From NCBI GenBank assembly GCA_038243585.1, contig JBBSQY010000001.1:64001-128000 (forward strand): DNA of 64,000 nt. Direction: 5' to 3'. A program made the translations under genes and the position numbers. The notes below the pieces were generated by a model. It had not been told where the DNA came from. It made no database searches and saw only the letters and a program-made list of their open reading frames with translations. Source of the DNA: Candidatus Sumerlaeales bacterium (GTDB lineage Bacteria; Sumerlaeota; Sumerlaeia; Sumerlaeales; Sumerlaeaceae). Positions within the stretch are counted from its first letter, which is position 1; each line of letters begins with the position of its first letter. Positions 48,240-60,044 of this stretch are shown here, piece by piece.

Positions 48240-49292
48240 ATGAACTCGAAAGTAGTACTGTTAATTGCAGCCATAGTAGTGGTTGGTGGAGGCTATTTCG
48301 CCGTCCAGAATCTAACATCTGTCAACGAAGTGGATGGCGGGATCGCTCAGCAAACCGGGCCAACGGCAGAGACCGAGCCCGTGACAAGCGTTTCCACAAT
48401 GGACACAGAAGCAGACGCTCGAATTAGCGCTGTAGATGCAGACAAGACAGCGCGCAGACCAGACACGGGGGGCAGAACCTTCAATCGCACAGAAGGTGCC
48501 GCGGCAATCGACGTGACCCCCGCGACAACGACCTCACAGCAACTCGCGGTTATTCCCGTTCAGACTCCACAAACTACGACAACTGAAGAGAGCATGGACA
48601 ATAACCGCACCATCGCCGATCTCGCCAGCATGTTCCGAACGAAAACAGATCCGGATGACCGTATTGATATCGCCGATGAACTGGGGCTAATTGACGACCC
48701 GGCGGGCATCAGAAAAGTGCTTGAACTCCTGAGAGACGAGAAGGACGTTACCGTGCAGGCTGCTCTATTGGAAGCTATGCAAGGGTTGGAAGCCCTTGAA
48801 GCAACCGGACCAGAGGTGTTGCAGGCGGTAGCCGGAATATTGGGAAGCACTACAGACACGGACGTTCGTATCGCCGCTCAGGATTTGCTTGGTGATATTG
48901 CTAATGCGGAAGCGGCCTCGCTTCTGGCAGCGGAACGTGCGAATGAGCAGGCTGATCCGGCGGAGAGGCTGAACGCCGCAGAGAATCTTTTGAGCGTGGG
49001 GGCGGGAGAACCAGAGCTGGTTCCGGCTCAGGAGATGGCCGCTATTACGCAGCAGCTTAAGGAAGACTATCAGGCCGGACCGGACGCAGCCTTCAGAACT
49101 CAGGCAATTATGGCGCTTGGTATCAATGGACGCGAGAATGTCGAGTTTTTACAACAGGCCGCACAGACGGAACAGGATCCACAGTTAAAAACACTGATTG
49201 ACCGTATGGTTCGGATGTTTACGGCAGCCCCACCGACCTCGCCACCTCCCGGCACTATTGTGACTCCTGTGCCAACGCTGGACACTCAGTAA
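48240..49292 (+). CDS. Membrane-anchored HEAT-repeat protein
   Basis: N-terminal TM, Thr-rich linker, repeated D..VR.AA..LG helical units. Confidence 0.75.
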   Translation: MNSKVVLLIAAIVVVGGGYFAVQNLTSVNEVDGGIAQQTGPTAETEPVTSVSTMDTEADARISAVDADKTARRPDTGGRTFNRTEGAAAIDVTPATTTSQQLAVIPVQTPQTTTTEESMDNNRTIADLASMFRTKTDPDDRIDIADELGLIDDPAGIRKVLELLRDEKDVTVQAALLEAMQGLEALEATGPEVLQAVAGILGSTTDTDVRIAAQDLLGDIANAEAASLLAAERANEQADPAERLNAAENLLSVGAGEPELVPAQEMAAITQQLKEDYQAGPDAAFRTQAIMALGINGRENVEFLQQAAQTEQDPQLKTLIDRMVRMFTAAPPTSPPPGTIVTPVPTLDTQ

Positions 49293-49374
49293 GCCCGGTG
49301 GGCGACAGATTCTGTTGGGCATATGCGCTCTTCATACTTGAGGCAGGGACGGCTCGTCGAGCCGCCCGCCTCAC

Positions 49375-50442
49375 ATGCGCATTAGCACGGACATCCCTTC
49401 TTTCATGAACCCAAGCGGACAGAAAATCATCGATAAAATGGAAGCGCTGGTTCGCCTGGCGCCCCGGCGTATCCTGCTGCCGGAAGGCTCCTACGACGCG
49501 CGAACGCTCCACGCCGCCAGCGAGCTGGCCCGCCATGGCCAGGTGCAACCGATCATTTGCGGGTCAAAAGCGGTCCTGTGCGAACTGGCTTCTCAGGAGT
49601 CTGTTGATCTGGAGGGCATAGAGGTTCTTGATCCGGAGGCCGACTCGGGACTGCTCCATGATATGATCATGTTGTATGACGAAAAAATGAAAGCAGCCGG
49701 GAAAATCGCCTCCGGTAATTCCCAAGTCAGCGATCCTCTTTATTTTTCAGGCTTGATGTTGTCTCTGGGCTGGGCAGACGGAATGGTCGCCGGCGCCGCA
49801 AATACAACCGCGGACGTTTTTCGCGCAGTCATCCGCTGTGTAGGCATGGCGACGGGCATCAGTACTGTGTCCAGCTGTTTCATAATGGCACTGCCAGATG
49901 AATCTCCCATGGGGGCCAGGGTGCTGCTCTTCGCGGATTGTGCTCTTGTAGTTGATCCTCCTGCAGACCAGTTAGCTGATATTGCAATCTCTAGCGCGGA
50001 GACATGCCGCTGGTTGCTGGGAGAAGAGCCCCGCATCGCCATGCTGTCGTTTTCTACCCGCGGCAGTGCTCAGCACCCTTCGGTCACCAAAATGCGTGAA
50101 GCCGCCGCCTTGGTTAACAAGCGCAGACCAGAATTGATCTGTGATGGTGAACTCCAGCTCGACGCCGCCCTGGTGCCCGCCGTAGCCAGTCGAAAAGCGC
50201 CGGGATCGGTATTAGGGGGAGATGCCAACATCCTTGTCTTTCCAGATCTGGACGCCGGAAACATAGCTTACAAGCTCATCCAGAGGCTGGCGGGCGCAGA
50301 CGCCCTCGGCCCACTATTGCAGGGTCTTGCCCGGCCGGTAAGCGACCTTAGCCGAGGATCATCCGTGTCCGACATCGTCGCGGCGGCAAAGCTGACGGCT
50401 GCGAGAGTAAACGCAGGATTGGCCCCAGGCACGACTTTGTAA
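49375..50442 (+). CDS. pta: Phosphate acetyltransferase
   Basis: [57 protein letters not shown]. Confidence 0.93.
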   Translation: MRISTDIPSFMNPSGQKIIDKMEALVRLAPRRILLPEGSYDARTLHAASELARHGQVQPIICGSKAVLCELASQESVDLEGIEVLDPEADSGLLHDMIMLYDEKMKAAGKIASGNSQVSDPLYFSGLMLSLGWADGMVAGAANTTADVFRAVIRCVGMATGISTVSSCFIMALPDESPMGARVLLFADCALVVDPPADQLADIAISSAETCRWLLGEEPRIAMLSFSTRGSAQHPSVTKMREAAALVNKRRPELICDGELQLDAALVPAVASRKAPGSVLGGDANILVFPDLDAGNIAYKLIQRLAGADALGPLLQGLARPVSDLSRGSSVSDIVAAAKLTAARVNAGLAPGTTL

Positions 50443-50571
50443 GCAGCAACTGCAGTCGTTTTCTATTGAGGGCGGGGAAAAAGGCTGATCAGGTCCTGTT
50501 ATCGAGTCGATTACTGTCGATTGCACGTCAATTGGTCCTGAAAGAAGCGAGGTTGGAACAGCCTTCTATAG

Positions 50572-52098
50572 ATGAATCACTTGGATCCCGACATGGATAT
50601 GCCCGGAGATGAAAGCCTTCCAGATGACAGACGTCGCGTGGGACGGTTTGCCATTGATTACCTGTTGGGCCGCGGCGGCATGGGAGAAGTCTATAAAGCC
50701 TGGGATCCGCTTAACAATCGCACAGTCGCCTTAAAAGTCCTCGATATCCGAGGCTACGAAAACCCCGATACGCTTCGGCGTTTTCAACGAGAATCGGAAG
50801 CGGCGCTGGTGTTGGACCACACGAATATCGCCCGGTTTTACGGGGCCGAAAAAGATGACCTGGACCAACCTGTTATCGCCATGGAATACATCAAGGGACG
50901 TGGGCTCGACGTGGTCATGGATGAGGAGCCTGATATGCCGTTTTCACTTCTGGTCGATTTTGTCATTCAAACGGCACGAGGGCTGGAAAACGCTTTCCGA
51001 CGCTCTATTATCCATCGCGACATCAAGCCCGGGAATCTGCTTATTGATGACGACTGGCACTTGAAGATCATCGACTTCGGGCTGGCGAAAAGCATGTGGG
51101 ACAACTCCAGCCTTACCAGCAGTGGGCTGGTGGTGGGTACCCCGCGCTATATTTCGCCGGAGCAGGGCATGGGCCGGAACGTTGACCATCGGAGCGACAT
51201 CTATTCCCTGGGCGCGACCTTTTACGAATTGATGACCGGCCAGACACCGTATGAGGGTGACACTCCCCTGGCCATTATGATGAAGCACATCAGCGCTCCG
51301 CTTGTGCCTCCGTACCTGGTCAACCCCAAGGTTCCAGCCGACATCAGTGAAGTGATATTAAAAATGATGGAAAAAGATCCCGACCATCGCTACCAGGATT
51401 ATGAGCCGCTCATACGCGATCTGGAGTCAGCAAAAATACACCGCCTGGCCAAAGAACGGCGTTCGCACGGCAACCTTAGCGGGATGAACACTGTGATGCT
51501 TCCTGAAAACGTTACCGGATCGGATGGCGAACGCACCACCGGAAGCAGTTACCTAACCGAAGGCTTGGTCAACGTTGAGCTGTCTGAAACAGAGGATCGT
51601 CCACAGTCTTACGCGAAAATCGTTTTGCTGTCTCTTGCAGGCATGGCTGTTCTGGGGTTTGCGGGTATTTTTCTAACAAAGCCAATCTCCCTGGAATCTA
51701 GCGAAGGGGCGAGCCTCGGGCAGAACATCGCCGGGCTTTTTTCCCGGAATCGGCTAATAATGAATGATCATTTAACTCCGGCTGAGACTTCCCGACTCGA
51801 CCAGATTAATATTAGCCTTACCAAATCCAGAATGGACGCGGTCGTGAGCCGGATGCTGCAAATGCCAGTAGCAGATAAAGCGGGCGGCGTTTCGACGATC
51901 GCGGCGTTGCGCACAAACGGCGTCTTTACAGAAAACCAAACCCGCGATGCCTGGGGAAACGATATGTTTATCACTGACAGCGGCGGCTTGGGCACTCTAG
52001 TGGCGCCAGGTCGGGATGGCCGTGAAAACACAGATGACGATTTTCGCCTATCGCTGGACGGCAGCAAGCAGATTATCCCTCCGGCATTAAAGGAGTGA
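50572..52098 (+). CDS. Hanks-type Ser/Thr kinase with a TM helix and a GspG-like C-terminal domain
   Basis: LGRGGMGEVY, VALK, HRDIKPGN, DFG, GTPRYISPEQ, SDIYSLG; TM IVLLSLAGMAVLGFAGIFL; DAWGN...PGRDGRENTDDD. Confidence 0.92.
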   Translation: MNHLDPDMDMPGDESLPDDRRRVGRFAIDYLLGRGGMGEVYKAWDPLNNRTVALKVLDIRGYENPDTLRRFQRESEAALVLDHTNIARFYGAEKDDLDQPVIAMEYIKGRGLDVVMDEEPDMPFSLLVDFVIQTARGLENAFRRSIIHRDIKPGNLLIDDDWHLKIIDFGLAKSMWDNSSLTSSGLVVGTPRYISPEQGMGRNVDHRSDIYSLGATFYELMTGQTPYEGDTPLAIMMKHISAPLVPPYLVNPKVPADISEVILKMMEKDPDHRYQDYEPLIRDLESAKIHRLAKERRSHGNLSGMNTVMLPENVTGSDGERTTGSSYLTEGLVNVELSETEDRPQSYAKIVLLSLAGMAVLGFAGIFLTKPISLESSEGASLGQNIAGLFSRNRLIMNDHLTPAETSRLDQINISLTKSRMDAVVSRMLQMPVADKAGGVSTIAALRTNGVFTENQTRDAWGNDMFITDSGGLGTLVAPGRDGRENTDDDFRLSLDGSKQIIPPALKE

Positions 52099-52113
52099 TG
52101 GACATAGTCCCAC

Positions 52114-52902
52114 CTACCGCGTCAACTTGTTCTCCGCGCGCCACAGTGCATGCGGAGCCGTCTCATACGGTTCCAGATCTACTGGCATCGGTCCGTAAAT
52201 TGTGACTGCCTCCTCTGTATGCGTAACGCCGATAGCCGAAAATCTGACTCCGCGGCTTGCAGCCACTCGGGCCGCGGCGGCAAAAACGGGATCGTGTAAA
52301 TCGCTTGGACGCACGCCTGCGGCCTCGGCGATCTGAACCACGAACAGCACTTCTGCCGTCACACAGCCATTGGCGGCTGTGTCGCTGCCGGCGATGCAAT
52401 TACAGAGTTCATGCAGATGCCCCGCCGCCCGCGCGCTTACGCAATCCGGGAAATACGCGTAGCTGTCCGGATAGAGCAGGTGACAATTTTTTACTTCCAG
52501 AAAGTGTTCCCTGTCTCCAGTTGACAGCCAGAAGTCAACCCGGCTCTTTTCGCCATACGGTTTTTCCGGACGTATGTGAGTCCAGTCCGCGAGCCAGGGC
52601 AGTTTCCGCTCCGCCAGGAGCCGGGCCACTATTCGGTTGGGCAAGCTCGTATTGACGCCCCACATTCTCCCCCCGACTTCGGCCAGCTCCCAGGTATATT
52701 TCAGCTTACGTTTCGGATTATCCGACTGGCTCAGCCAAACCGGAATCCCGGGCCGTGTCAGCCCTTCCATGGCCCCAGTGTTTACGCAGTGGGCTGTCAC
52801 GACCTCGCCAGTATCCAGTCTCACATCGGCAAGGAAACGCTTATAACGTTGTAGAAGCACCCCTCGTAGCAGTGCATCTGTACGTGGCCATTCGGTTACC
52901 AC
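52114..52902 (-). CDS. sfsA: Sugar fermentation stimulation protein / nuclease SfsA
   Basis: RYKRFLADV, AHCVNTGAM, RKLKYTWE, SRVDF, EVK, FPDCVSARAAGHL. Confidence 0.93.
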   Translation of the reverse strand: MVTEWPRTDALLRGVLLQRYKRFLADVRLDTGEVVTAHCVNTGAMEGLTRPGIPVWLSQSDNPKRKLKYTWELAEVGGRMWGVNTSLPNRIVARLLAERKLPWLADWTHIRPEKPYGEKSRVDFWLSTGDREHFLEVKNCHLLYPDSYAYFPDCVSARAAGHLHELCNCIAGSDTAANGCVTAEVLFVVQIAEAAGVRPSDLHDPVFAAAARVAASRGVRFSAIGVTHTEEAVTIYGPMPVDLEPYETAPHALWRAENKLTR

Positions 52903-52915
52903 GTCGCCAGAAATA

Positions 52916-53968
52916 TCAGCCGCCCTGTGGTCCCGGCGCTACTACTCCTGAAGGGCCCTGGGTTCCTGTCGTAGCCTGGTCCTGTACTGCTCCGGTTTTT
53001 ACGTTCAAAGATTTTATCGGCGTTACCACTGGGACATCCGTTTCAGCGCCGTAGGACTCTTTCATCACCTGCAAGGTGGCGCCATCTTTCCATGTCGTTA
53101 AAAAGCGGCTGTCGCTCATGGTGTGCTCTCCCGCTTCGCCTGTCGAATGCTGGCTACAGGAAAGAGATAAACCAGCAGTTTTGACCGCGCGGGTTCTTTC
53201 TAATACATCTGATGCAGTTCCGCCAGTCAATGGAATGCCCAGCAGGTATGATTCGGTTCCTCCACAGGCTAGAGTTCCAAGCCAGGATTCATCCTCACTG
53301 AAAGATTCGCTAGCCTGCTCCGGCTCCAGTGAGGTAATGTTATTACGCTTGAGGAAATCTTTATAAGCGGAAAGGGCGTCATTTAATGCCTTGAGAAAAG
53401 CCGCATCATAAGGTTGTCCGTCAAAAGAAGGAAGAGGCGGCAATACAAGGGGAAAAGCGCTTCCGCCCTTCCATGGGATATTGCGGGTTTTCAAAACGCC
53501 CTGGGCAGAAAATTCCGCCACTTCAAGGCTGGTCAATTCCTGTTCAACTTTTCCCGAGGCGGCCATTTGACGAGCGGGCATTACGAATTCGACCTGCAGT
53601 GCGCGATTCGTTTCTGGCTCGAAATATACAATGCCATTACTGTTTTTTGCAACGTTATAGACAAAGGCGCAGGTCCGATTTCCGTCGATCCAAACCGGCG
53701 GCTGAATCACTCGCACCTGGCTTGCTTCAATGTAACGCTGGCGCGCCGCCGATCCATCCGATGACGTTACCCGCACCAGCATCCGCCCTGAAAAACGCTC
53801 CGGTTCTCCGTCAACCATAGGAGTAAAGCGATCAACAACCACGGTTTTTTTTCCATCGGCAGACGTGACCGCGCGTCCGCTCTCCACCTTTGTGTCCGTC
53901 TGGGCCCACAAGGCTGATCCCGCAAGCAGCATTACAGCAGTCGCTGCCCTGGCCAATATCCAAATCAT
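52916..53968 (-). CDS. Secreted hypothetical protein
   Basis: ATG at 53968 immediately after the HIT stop; signal peptide ending LWA; long ORF. Confidence 0.7.
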   Translation of the reverse strand: MIWILARAATAVMLLAGSALWAQTDTKVESGRAVTSADGKKTVVVDRFTPMVDGEPERFSGRMLVRVTSSDGSAARQRYIEASQVRVIQPPVWIDGNRTCAFVYNVAKNSNGIVYFEPETNRALQVEFVMPARQMAASGKVEQELTSLEVAEFSAQGVLKTRNIPWKGGSAFPLVLPPLPSFDGQPYDAAFLKALNDALSAYKDFLKRNNITSLEPEQASESFSEDESWLGTLACGGTESYLLGIPLTGGTASDVLERTRAVKTAGLSLSCSQHSTGEAGEHTMSDSRFLTTWKDGATLQVMKESYGAETDVPVVTPIKSLNVKTGAVQDQATTGTQGPSGVVAPGPQGG

Positions 53969-53969
53969 T

Positions 53970-54401
53970 TTAATTGCAGTCTTTCGTAAATTCTTCATAA
54001 CCCAGGCTACGTAATGCGCTACGAATTTTTTCGGCAGCCTCTTCCAGTTCCGCAGTAGAGGTATCACCTTTTTGCAAAGCAAAATTCAAGTCGCTGATCT
54101 CGCGTATGGGAATTAGATGATAATGCACATGCGGCACTTCAAGCCCTGCTACCATCACACCCACTTTAATCGGATTGAAAGCTTTTTGTATTCCCCGCCC
54201 TACGATCTTGCTTACAGTCATGACCCGCGCTGCAAGGTCGTCCGGCATATCGATCCAATGGTCAATCTCATGGCGAGGCACAACCAGGGTATGGCCAGTA
54301 TTAATAGGAGAAATTGTCATAAAAGCAACAACATGATCGTCCTTATAGACGAACTTGCCGGGTACGCTTCCATTGATAATTTTTGTAAACAGCGAAGCCA
54401 T
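53970..54401 (-). CDS. HIT-family protein
   Basis: SLFTKIING, GHTLVVP, histidine triad VPHVHYHLIP. Confidence 0.93.
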   Translation of the reverse strand: MASLFTKIINGSVPGKFVYKDDHVVAFMTISPINTGHTLVVPRHEIDHWIDMPDDLAARVMTVSKIVGRGIQKAFNPIKVGVMVAGLEVPHVHYHLIPIREISDLNFALQKGDTSTAELEEAAEKIRSALRSLGYEEFTKDCN

Positions 54402-54403
54402 GG

Positions 54404-54847
54404 TTAGTCGCCCCCGGCTTCGTCTTCTTTTCCCATATAAGCTGAAAGATGATCTACCTCGGCATTTAGTGTCTCTATACGCTCACTCAGAAGCGTCCGA
54501 TAGCTGAGGACTCCGATAAGTTTTTGCTCTTCGTTGATCAACGCGAGATGAAACACTGTTTTCGCGAGCATAATTGCCAAAGCATCATCCCCGGTACGAT
54601 CTGACGGAATCGCAAGGCACGGAGACGTCATCACCTGCTTTACTGTCGTCGAAGCAGCGTCTAGCCCGCCGACTACAATTTTTTGCAGAACGTCGCGTTC
54701 CGTAACAATCCCGAGGGGACGGTCATCACCGGAAACCACGACCACGGCCCCGACGTTCTTTTCTTTCATTTTCTCACAGGCGCTCAGCACAGAAGTCTCT
54801 GGAGTGACAGTCAACGGTGGATGGTGAGATGCAGTTAATAAACTCAT
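54404..54847 (-). CDS. CBS-domain pair protein
   Basis: VGAVVV...GIVTERD; VKQVMT...; HL..I...LIGVLS. Confidence 0.9.
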   Translation of the reverse strand: MSLLTASHHPPLTVTPETSVLSACEKMKEKNVGAVVVVSGDDRPLGIVTERDVLQKIVVGGLDAASTTVKQVMTSPCLAIPSDRTGDDALAIMLAKTVFHLALINEEQKLIGVLSYRTLLSERIETLNAEVDHLSAYMGKEDEAGGD

Positions 54848-54942
54848 GTTTGGACCCTCGTATTATCAGTGAAACCGTGATATGCGTTAAAGATTGCTTT
54901 GAGCAAGTGAAATGCCGAAAAAAATCCGTTGCGTCCGCTGGG

Positions 54943-55902
54943 TTAAGATTCTTTTTCGGGTCCCCGCAACTGCCCGGCCTGGGTTGAACGCAGCAATATT
55001 TTGACCGAGTCGTTGAGACATTGGAACTCCAGGTTTTTACGATCTTCCGGCTTGATAGGCTCGCCGTCTATCTGGACGGACAGCTTCCGGTTGCTTCGGA
55101 CTTTCACCCACCGTACTGTTCGGAAGATGTGACCGCTTTCAGGACGGGATTTTTCCAGCCCTAAAATACGCAAAAGGGTGAACCATACCACCATCGGCAT
55201 CAGCTGGTTTCGTCGAAAGCTGGTCAGTTCGAAATAACCGGGACTGGCAGGGTCTTCCGCTGTAATTGTTCCGAAACCCGCGTAGTTGGCAACATTGCTG
55301 AGAGTAAATGAGTAAGCATAATCTTTCACGATGTGCTCGCCCGGCGGCGCATCGTCAAGTTCTGCCTGGAGAATGAATCGCGGCAAAGTGCTTTTCTTCC
55401 AAATTGTGCGGAAGGCACTGTCCCAAAACGCCAGTTTTCCCCAGCGCTTTTTCAAACTTTTATTGATGTTGTGAAAAACCGCCGCGTGCATTCCTACTGT
55501 TGCATACGTGAAGAAATATCGTCCGGCAACCAGACCAATGTCCATAGGGACTGGTTCCGATTTTAACAGATAGCGAACCGCATCCAGCGGATCAAGAGGC
55601 ATGCGCAGCGCCTGGGCCAGCGCGTTTACAGTGCCCATGGGCACTATTCCGTAGGCGATGTCCTGTCCGAATGTGCAGTTGAGGGCATGATTAATGGTTC
55701 CGTCGCCACCGCCGATCCAAAGCTGATCATAGCCGTTTTTTCTGGCTGTCACCAGACATGCTTCCGATTCCTCGATGGAACTGGAATGAGAAATCTCGTA
55801 ATCGACTCCCGCTTCTTTCAATAGCGTGTGGAACTGATCAATCAGTGCTTCGTCGGGACCTTGATCCCTTCGGCCTTTATTGATGATAAAAAGAATTTTC
55901 AT
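54943..55902 (-). CDS. Diacylglycerol-kinase-family lipid kinase (YegS/BmrU-like)
   Basis: GGGDGTINH, PMGTVNALA, MDIG, QIDGE. Confidence 0.9.
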   Translation of the reverse strand: MKILFIINKGRRDQGPDEALIDQFHTLLKEAGVDYEISHSSSIEESEACLVTARKNGYDQLWIGGGDGTINHALNCTFGQDIAYGIVPMGTVNALAQALRMPLDPLDAVRYLLKSEPVPMDIGLVAGRYFFTYATVGMHAAVFHNINKSLKKRWGKLAFWDSAFRTIWKKSTLPRFILQAELDDAPPGEHIVKDYAYSFTLSNVANYAGFGTITAEDPASPGYFELTSFRRNQLMPMVVWFTLLRILGLEKSRPESGHIFRTVRWVKVRSNRKLSVQIDGEPIKPEDRKNLEFQCLNDSVKILLRSTQAGQLRGPEKES

Positions 55903-55981
55903 CGGGAAGCTATTTCAATTTCAGATTCACGCCCTGCCATCGCGTACGTCGAGCCTGCCTGAAATCTCAGACCTTTCTTGC

Positions 55982-57184
55982 TCATGCGGGAGTAACGCTT
56001 TCCGCTCGAATTCGATAAACTACACCGGCGATTATGTTCGCGGATTGGCGTGCGTCCTCTTCCGTCTGGTATCGGCCGAACAGCAGCCGGATAGCGCCGC
56101 TTCTGCGCTCTCCCGCCAGCCCCATTGCCTCGAGAACGTGGGACTCTTCCACCACGCCGCTGTGGCAGGCAGACGTGCTGCTAAGACTGACGCCTTCCAG
56201 GTCGAGAGCGATCTGGAGATCTTCGCGACTGACCACCCCGGCAAAAGACAAGTTCAGAAATCCCGGCAGGCGCGCTACGTCTCCGGAGTTCGCCACCGGA
56301 ACCTCGCCGTTTATCTGAAAATCCTGGACGTGTTGCTTGAGTTCCTCGAGAAATGCCTTTTCCAAAACAGCCAGGCGTTCGCAATAAGCTGTCGGTGAAG
56401 GAGCCAGATCTACGGCCGCGGCAAAACCCACAGCTCCCAGCATATTCTCTGTGCCGGCTCGACGATATTTCTCCTGGGAACCGCCAACAATCATGGGATC
56501 AATATCAAAGCCCGACCGTACATACAAGGCACCGATTCCCTTGGGACCGTAAATTTTGTGGGCAGCGAAACTCATCATATCAAAGGGCCACAGGCGAACG
56601 TCCATTTGGATTTTCGTATGCGCCTGCACGACGTCCAGCAGCCACGGTACCTTAGGATAAGCGAATTTCCGCTTTCTCAGCTCATCCACATTCTGAGTCA
56701 CGCCGGTTTCGTTGTTCACCAGCAGGAATGCCACCAGCGTTGTTTCCGGCGACAGGTATTCGTCAAGCTTCTCCAGGCAAAGTTGTCCGATGCTATCCAC
56801 CGGAACATAACAAACCTCCAGCGCATCGCCGTGGATTCTTTTCTCCCACGCGAGCCGCGTACGCACGCCTGCGTGTTCGGTTGTTGATGTGATCACCTTT
56901 GCCCGGCCATGATTTTTGACCGCGCGAGAGATGGCGCTCGCGATGGCGAGGTTGTTGGCTTCCGTACCGGAGCCGGTAAACACAATCTCCGCCGGCTTCG
57001 CGCCAATGGACTCGGCGATGGTCTTTCTGGCCTCCGCCAGCGCGTGAGCTGCCAGCCGTCCCTCATGATGTATGCTGGACGGATTGCCATGAATTCGCGC
57101 CATACAATCAGTTATGGCCGCAGCCACCTCCGGGGCCATGGGGGTCGTGGCGCAGTTATCCAGGTAATAGCGCTTCACCGGCAT
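55982..57184 (-). CDS. Group I cysteine desulfurase (IscS/NifS-like)
   Basis: YLDNCATTP, GNPSS, FTGSGTEANN, PLP lysine in AHKIYGPKG, catalytic SSTSACHSG. Confidence 0.93.
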   Translation of the reverse strand: MPVKRYYLDNCATTPMAPEVAAAITDCMARIHGNPSSIHHEGRLAAHALAEARKTIAESIGAKPAEIVFTGSGTEANNLAIASAISRAVKNHGRAKVITSTTEHAGVRTRLAWEKRIHGDALEVCYVPVDSIGQLCLEKLDEYLSPETTLVAFLLVNNETGVTQNVDELRKRKFAYPKVPWLLDVVQAHTKIQMDVRLWPFDMMSFAAHKIYGPKGIGALYVRSGFDIDPMIVGGSQEKYRRAGTENMLGAVGFAAAVDLAPSPTAYCERLAVLEKAFLEELKQHVQDFQINGEVPVANSGDVARLPGFLNLSFAGVVSREDLQIALDLEGVSLSSTSACHSGVVEESHVLEAMGLAGERRSGAIRLLFGRYQTEEDARQSANIIAGVVYRIRAESVTPA

Positions 57185-57840
57185 ACGATGCCCCAGAACC
57201 AGCGATCCTTTTCCAGCATCAACACCGGCCAGCCGGGCTCCATGACAACGGGGCTTTGAAGCTTCATATGAAACCTCGGAACGCCAGATGGGGCGCCAGG
57301 CGCTACCCAGCGATCTGCGGGCTCGGATTCAAACGGAATCCGCTTCATCATATAATAGAACAGCACTCCGCCGCCTGTCGGCGCAGCGGATCCATCAGGC
57401 AACGCAATTTCGTATTCGCGGTTTTGGACTGCCTCCGGCCCGGTAATGATCATGCCCGGCTCCAGCAGTTCGCTGCCGGCGGCATCGGATTCACAGCCAA
57501 AAACAAGAAAAGGATCAACGATCTGGTCCAGCATTGTGCGGCCTTTTTCCCGGCAACGAACCGTTCCGCTGCGGGTGATGGTCACCGGCAACTGCTTTCC
57601 GAAATTCATAACCCGCGCCGACCAGGGAAACTTGACTGTCAGGTTTCCAAAATTAAAGCAATGCAGCGTCTGATGGCCACGATACCGAACAATGCTGCTG
57701 ATGATGCCCCAGTAGTGCAGGCCCTCAGGCTCCTGGAGTTCCGCATTGGCCTCTGCCATTGCTTCATAGCCAGCCTGATCCAGATATGGGAGACGTCCGC
57801 CGGACTTTTTCCAGAGCTTTTGAAAAGCGAGCGGATGCAC
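57175..57840 (-). CDS. Hypothetical protein
   Basis: Fills the gap between the PTPS and desulfurase genes on the same strand with a short overlap; no motif recognised. Confidence 0.6.
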   Translation of the reverse strand: MHPLAFQKLWKKSGGRLPYLDQAGYEAMAEANAELQEPEGLHYWGIISSIVRYRGHQTLHCFNFGNLTVKFPWSARVMNFGKQLPVTITRSGTVRCREKGRTMLDQIVDPFLVFGCESDAAGSELLEPGMIITGPEAVQNREYEIALPDGSAAPTGGGVLFYYMMKRIPFESEPADRWVAPGAPSGVPRFHMKLQSPVVMEPGWPVLMLEKDRWFWGIVCR

Positions 57841-57876
57841 TAGTTACAGACTACCCGGTAGCAGCAATGTACGAGG

Positions 57877-58287
57877 CTACTCACCCCGGTAAAACGCAAC
57901 ATTGTTATCCGTCTCCCACAGCCGTACCTCAAAAAGTCGGCAATTCTCCGGCAGCCTGTTTTCCAGGTAGCCCCAAAACTTGATTACCATATTTTCCGCA
58001 GTCGGAATGACCCCCTGCATGAAGTCGACATCCACGTTCAAATTTTTGTGATCGACCCGATCCACAATCTCCTGATCCAGAAGATCCTTCAGAGCTTTCA
58101 AGTCCATCACCATGCCAGTATTCTCGCCCACTGAGCCGCATACTGTCACTTCGAGCACATAGTTGTGCCCATGGCCGTTTGCGCTATTGCATTTGCCATA
58201 CAAAGCCACATTCTCGGCGTCGGTCAGCGCCGGACTGTGAAGCCGGTGACTCGCACAAAAATCAACTTTCCTGCTGATATAGATCAT
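57877..58287 (-). CDS. 6-pyruvoyl-tetrahydropterin synthase / QueD family (C-X5-HGH type)
   Basis: FCASHRL, GKCNSANGHGHNY, GMVMDL, DHKNLN, PTAEN, LWET. Confidence 0.92.
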   Translation of the reverse strand: MIYISRKVDFCASHRLHSPALTDAENVALYGKCNSANGHGHNYVLEVTVCGSVGENTGMVMDLKALKDLLDQEIVDRVDHKNLNVDVDFMQGVIPTAENMVIKFWGYLENRLPENCRLFEVRLWETDNNVAFYRGE

Positions 58288-58564
58288 CTTTTATCAAGTT
58301 CCCGTATCTTAGGATAGTCTTATAGAAAAACGGACGGGTCCCCTATTCGACCTTTGCGCGCTGATTAACGTCTTCGGTAAAATAAACCCTTATAAGTCCA
58401 TCTGCGGTTACGGCTGTTGCTCCGGTTTTTTCAAGATATCGGGAATTTCCATGAATGGAAAGCTGTCTGAATGCTCTTCGGGTAAGGTTGCACGGGGCTA
58501 AACAGAATTTCGCGCCGGAAAACCGCCAAAGTGTATGCGCGTCAGCCCCCGTATTTGCAGATGA

Positions 58565-59938
<1,374 letters not shown>

Positions 59939-59998
59939 CTATTTGACGCACAGCTACAGGGCACAATGATAAGCCAAAAACAAAACACCTGGAAATAG

Positions 59999-60031
59999 AA
60001 AAGCCCCTGATCATTTCGATCAGGGGCTTTT
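59999..60031. terminator. Bidirectional intrinsic terminator
   Basis: AAAAGCCCCTGATC-atttc-GATCAGGGGCTTTT between convergent genes. Confidence 0.88.
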
Positions 60032-60044
60032 AGTTTAATATTGC

